Shown here: one piece after another, positions 59,601-64,000 of the stretch
Position numbering within the stretch: position 1 is the stretch's first letter
How the letters are laid out: each line of letters starts with the position of its first letter
Assembly (NCBI GenBank): GCA_030704615.1
Contig: CM060731.1
Span: 57,598,001 to 57,662,000 of the forward strand
DNA length: 64,000 nt
Source of the DNA: Takakia lepidozioides
Taxonomy: Eukaryota > Plantae > Bryophyta
Reading direction: 5' to 3'
Made by a program: the position numbers and the translations under genes
Notes under the pieces: generated by a model
The model's database searches: none
Told to the model about the DNA's origin: nothing
What the model saw: the letters and a program-made list of their open reading frames with translations, nothing else

Positions 59601-62600
59601 GCTTGCAATTATACATGGTGCACTCAGACCGTGTACCTGCCCACTGAGAAACCATCGCCGGAATAGCCTGTATGTGTTTGTTGGGCAGAAGGTAGAAGTT
59701 GATGTACCTGAAAAAGTGAGGCATTTCAGATTCAGAAATCGGCACAGACTATTGCCATTGTCAGCATGCTGTTGGGAAATATGTGCAGACTTCCCAACTA
59801 CCACGTCTTGAAATACAACACAGGGTTTGCATTGTCATACCTGTACACAAGTCGACGTGCAGGCTGCATCCCCCCTGGCTGCTCTAGGACACCCCAGCTC
59901 CTCCGCGGGCCCTCCACCATCTCGCAGTGGAAAAGCTCGTTCCGGTACTCCACCATAAAATGCTCAATCCACCTGAGCAATCCCTTCATATCCTCCGTCT
60001 GACGCACCGCCAAAATCTTCGCCTTCATTAGAGAGTCCAGTTCCCTCTCCACCGCTTGCATTTGCTGCAACAAACAAGGACTGTCAACATGGCCCTATAA
60101 TATCCACCAGACAATCAGATTACTAGCATGTACATGCAAAGCCACTGCAAGTCTGTGCCGACTTCCCGAACTGCATATACAGGGGGAGATGAGTAGAGTA
60201 CCTGCCACCACCAAGTGGCCTTGTCCACCCAATCATTGAATTCCTTGTCCGTTGGTGACACCGGGAAGATTCTCCTGTTGGCCGGCGGCAAATTCCATAG
60301 TTTCAACCACCCTATCTTCGCCTCTGCAGAAACGAGGCTAGTGGCAACCACCTGAAGTTTCTCAAGAGTCATCTCCGCTCTATCCAGGGCTCGCAACTTG
60401 TTGTAGTATGTTGTTATCTCAAAAAGGAACCCGTCGCCAAGGGCTGGATCACAGATAGAACTGTACTTGGCAATCTTTGAGTGCCATTTAGTCTTACAGA
60501 TTGCCAGGTTTGCATCAAGAGCTGATTCCACAATCTCTGCATTCTCCGGGGTGTTGGAAAGGTGGGAATACTCCGCCAGTGTATCATCCGTTATCTCCCG
60601 GAATGACTCCTGTGCCATGAACTCGACAAGGCCCTCCCGTGTCAATGTCATCCAATTTGTGTCTCGTTTGTTGAGGCACTTGAGGTACACCTCATCGGAT
60701 AATGAATTCTTGTACTGCTTGATTGAAGTTGTTGCGCATAGCTGGAAATAGTAAAGCTTGTGTGCCAGGTCGGACTTCACATTGCCCTCTTCTGTCACCC
60801 TGCATAACAACACTGGAGTAAGCTACAAGGAGAACAACGTTGAGGAATGGGTAGTCGTTGCAGACTTCCCATACTATGGCAGTCCACAAAAGTAAGAAAA
60901 CACCATTACATGCACAGCCATAGCAAGACCTGGGAAGTCGGTCCAGACTACACACTGCCATTGCATAGCTCTGACTGGGTAGTCGGCACAGACTACTCAC
61001 TCTCATGCCAGACCACATATTGGGTAGTCAGCACGGACTACCCGAGCAGAGAAGCTCACCATCAAACAGAATGAAATAGCATTGCATCAAACACAGCATG
61101 TTACAGAAAGCAACTGCAGAAGTCGGCACAGACTCCTCAGCACTGTCACTTTGCATGGGAAATCAGCATTGACTCTCCGCATCCTGCAGTTGGAGTAATC
61201 GCCGGGAAATGTTTGCAAATGTGAGCAGAACACTACATGATTGACAATAGAAACAACGCTCATATGAGCAGACTATGAATAAACGTGAGCAGTCTTACAC
61301 GTTCATGCAATTCATGGCCCTTCTGACCAAAGCGATGTCCTCTTGCTTCACATCCAGAATCTTCGCATTGACTGCATAGTGCCATTCGGGGTCGTCAGCA
61401 TGCTGCTCTGTTATCACATCCATCCACGCCAAGTAGCGGTGGTTGCCGTCATAGATATACAACCATTGGTTGCTCAAGAACTCCCAGGTGGTGCCCTTGA
61501 TGGCCTCCTCAAAGCAGTGGTCCTCCTCCTGCCAATGTATGTCCCAGCTGGCTCTATCCTCGGCCGTGATTGAGGAAGCCACTCATGCGGTGTTGTTTGT
61601 TGCAAGCAAAAAGGACGCAAGGGCGTTGTTGTACCCATCTCCCTCAAAAAAAAGCTTCAGCTTCTCTACCACGGCCCTTTCAGCTCGCCGAACAGCGGGT
61701 AGCGTCCTCATCCTGCACAGGGGAACACGTGGAGGGTGGCCTTTTCGGAGAAGATAGGAAATGGAGCTGTAGGTGTGGTTGAGGGCGCTGTCTCTCAACG
61801 TCTTTAGAGCTCTCTGCCGTCTCTTTGCAGTGAGCACCACATCTATGCCAGGCGCTGCTGGACCCCTGGCATGTTGACCCCTGTGCGAGCTCCCTGCCCC
61901 CGGCGACGAGCGGTTTGATACCGACATGGGCGAGCGATCAGATTTCTGCTGCCAAGAGGAGGATGGGGCGGAGGCGTCTGCAGATCCGGATTGCCCTTTC
62001 GTGGCGTTCCCTCGCGCCTTCCCTCGCCCGCGCGCCTGCTCGCTACTCTGCGAATTGGAAACAATGGTGCGGGTCCTCAGCACCATCTGCGAGGGTCTCT
62101 GCGAGGGTCTCTCAAGCTGAAAGTCGGGGTTGTCCTCACCAATAGCCTCCATGGTTGCTGAAAAAACCGGGTGCACCTCTCCAAAAGCGTTGCGACGTAC
62201 TGCTGCAATCCACAGAGGGGCAGAAGGCGTGGGCGGGCTGAGCGATGAAGCGAAGGAGCAGGTGCGGGAGCGAAGAGGCGGTTTGGTGGAAGACGAGAAA
62301 GTGGCGGCTTGGTGGAAGTCGCTTCGCGGCGACGCTTCTGGAAGACGTTTCGAAGATGTGCCAGTACCATCGCAAGCCCCAACGGGTGCCTGAATGACAC
62401 GTGCGTTGCCTGAAAGGTCGTAGTCATCACCTGAAAATGCACAATTTCCAGCAAGCCTGCACAGACTTCCCGGCACTTCAATCCCCAACGCGTGACCACA
62501 CGACACGTGCAGTGCCGCAAAACGTGACACGTAGCGCCTGAAGTGGAATTTTGCGGCAAGTCTGTGCAGACTTGCCGGTGATGCCTGCCTGATAATGATG

Positions 62601-62860
62601 TTTCTGGGAAGTCTGCCCAGACTTCCCGGATTACGTCTGCCTGAAAACGGGTAATTGCCGGGAAGTCTGTGACGACTTCCCGGCTGGTCTATCCCCAAAT
62701 CTAAGGGTAGCCTGGACGCCTGACATTGCATGCGAGGACTGCCCGTCGGTTTTCCGGGAAGTCGGCACAGACTTTCCGGTGACATTGCTGTTAGTCCGCC
62801 CAAAGTAGGACTTTCGCGGCCGCCGGGGGTGCAATTCCGGTAAGTCGGCACCGACTTGGA
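56632..62860. mobile_element. CACTA-ended element carrying the full-length ParB-methyltransferase gene and ~23 AAGTC-N6-GACTT motifs
   Basis: CACTACTAGAG at 56632 is followed directly by four motif copies, and the motif recurs up to 62857. Right terminus not seen. Confidence 0.6.
57055..62152 (-). pseudogene. ParB/Srx-like + N4/N6 DNA-methyltransferase-like fusion gene, paralog C (full length, ~1,250 aa, 6 exons, 3 lesions)
   Basis: Exons 62152-61299, 60799-60202, 60064-59841, 59707-58553, 58119-57663 and 57508-57055 join with phase-compatible GT-AG introns. Motifs YIYDGNHRYLAW, ADLVIVDIPDG and REKSPMFLQTFMEMLTDIGGKIVDLTA...SMVAARVCGRHLLALEGD. Lesions: TGA at 61583-61585, frameshift near 58850, deletion/frameshift at ~57860. 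Confidence 0.8.
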
Positions 62861-62911
62861 CGTTATTTTGATGCCTGCCCCTAAAAACTGAGTCCCGGAA
62901 GGCTATTTTTA

Positions 62912-63015
62912 CATCCGGGGGATGCTGTCGGCCAGGTGTCGGCCTCTCCCCCCGAGACAACTTCATCTGACCGGCCCCGGATGGAAATTCGGCGCCGTTT
63001 TTCCATCTAGGGGAT
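62912..63015 (+). repeat. Single unit of the 96-bp array seen at 3486-4852
   Basis: CATCCGGGGGATG...GGCCTCTCCCCCCGAGAC..CTTCATC...GGATGGAAATTCGGCGCCGTTTTTCCATC. Confidence 0.9.
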
Positions 63016-63264
63016 ATTCTCTGGCAGGCACGTGGGGCCGTCATCCTCCGATTTGACGCCATGTCGAATTAAATTCTGCCCCTCATTCCTGGGTATGGTT
63101 ATATTAAATGTTGCTCTTTTTCTTTGCCACTTGCCCGACCTTCTCTCGTGACCCACGCGTTTCAAACCGAGACAACAACAACACTTCCTCGCTCCGAGCT
63201 CCTCTCACTTCAGCTTCCCCACACTCCCCCCTCCCTGTGCACCCTGCCTGCTTCTTGGCAACCC

Positions 63265-64000
63265 ATGAAAGACAAGGAGAGATCTTGTGGGTTCCATTTT
63301 CTGCAGAGCTTGTCGCAGTACACAACCAGGCTCGTAGCGCCAGATTTCAGAGAGGAGCACCGTTCCATGTGTCTTGTGTGGAAGCGTGCTCCCACCTTGG
63401 ATGATGCAGAGACACAGTTTGCATGTATACGGGCTTGGTGGACAACGTCAGGTGCTGTTAAAAAATCAGACGAGGGAGCAATGGTCAGTTGGCTAGCATG
63501 GTGGCATTATGGTTTCCTCCAGTTTGGCGACTATATGCAGGAGGTGAGTTGGACGAATTCGCGTCCCGTTGAATATCATCCTACTCATTATTTGTAACTT
63601 GCTTGTAACCTCAACATGTGCATATGCAGGAAATGTGTCTCGACTCCGACACTGACATGCCGACAACAAACATGGCCGAATTAGTACATTCTTCCTGGCG
63701 TGCCTTCTCTGCGGCGCATCTGGTGGACATCCTCACTGCCACAACGGAGGACATTGTGAGGTCAATTATGCAGCAATGCAGGTACAACGAGTTCTTGAAA
63801 GGGAAACAGTGGGGCTTGGGGCCGGACAGGCAGGAAATGCTGATGCGGACTGCCTCCAGATTGAAGAATCCTCGGAAGTGGGCGGCAGCCTTGCGAGAGG
63901 GCCTTCGGGACACGCCATTACTTCGAAGAGGCCAACACTTGGAAGGAGATGTTCACACCCGTCCAGTGAGACGAAGACTTGATGAGGCACCTGGCGGAGA
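63265..64000 (+). pseudogene. Second, 5'-truncated copy of the MULE-SWIM transposase (corresponds to 6581-7320), running off the window
   Basis: Near-identical DNA with the same intron. CGFHFLQSL...WLAWWHY...TTNMAELVH. Confidence 0.92.

Noticed and set aside
57055-62152. Bacterial or phage contamination as the source of the ParB-MTase gene
   Set aside because: The gene has spliceosomal introns at positions conserved between paralogs and is interleaved with plant transposons and genes.
62153-62851. N-terminal extension of the 422-aa ORF (61583-62851)
   Set aside because: It translates the AAGTC-N6-GACTT motif cluster and promoter-like DNA. ATG 62152 is the more plausible start.

Overview
Eukaryotic, intron-rich land-plant DNA; the PLS-type PPR fragments and gene content suggest a non-seed plant (inference). 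Three host genes are present: a MYST-family histone acetyltransferase (+, 10988-16676), a triacylglycerol lipase (+, 29446-33433) and a folate/biopterin transporter (-, 34521-40200). The rest is nested transposon debris: L1-type and RTE-like LINEs, a Ty3/gypsy gag, CACTA-ended elements carrying captured gene fragments, a Crypton-like tyrosine recombinase and two copies of a MULE-SWIM transposase. The main observation is a family of spliced, transposon-borne genes that fuse a ParB/Srx-like N-terminal domain (DGNHR) to a beta-class N4/N6 DNA-methyltransferase-like domain. Three diverged paralogs occur: an N-terminal half at 0.66-2.3 kb, a C-terminal half at 45.3-46.7 kb and a full-length ~1,250-aa copy at 57.1-62.2 kb. 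The two ParB-bearing copies lie head-to-head with MULE-SWIM transposase sequence. Each is accompanied by many copies of its own palindromic motif: a 30-bp palindrome in 53- and 96-bp arrays, and AAGTC-N6-GACTT in introns and flanks. All three copies carry lesions. Domain calls come from motif reading by eye, not database searches.
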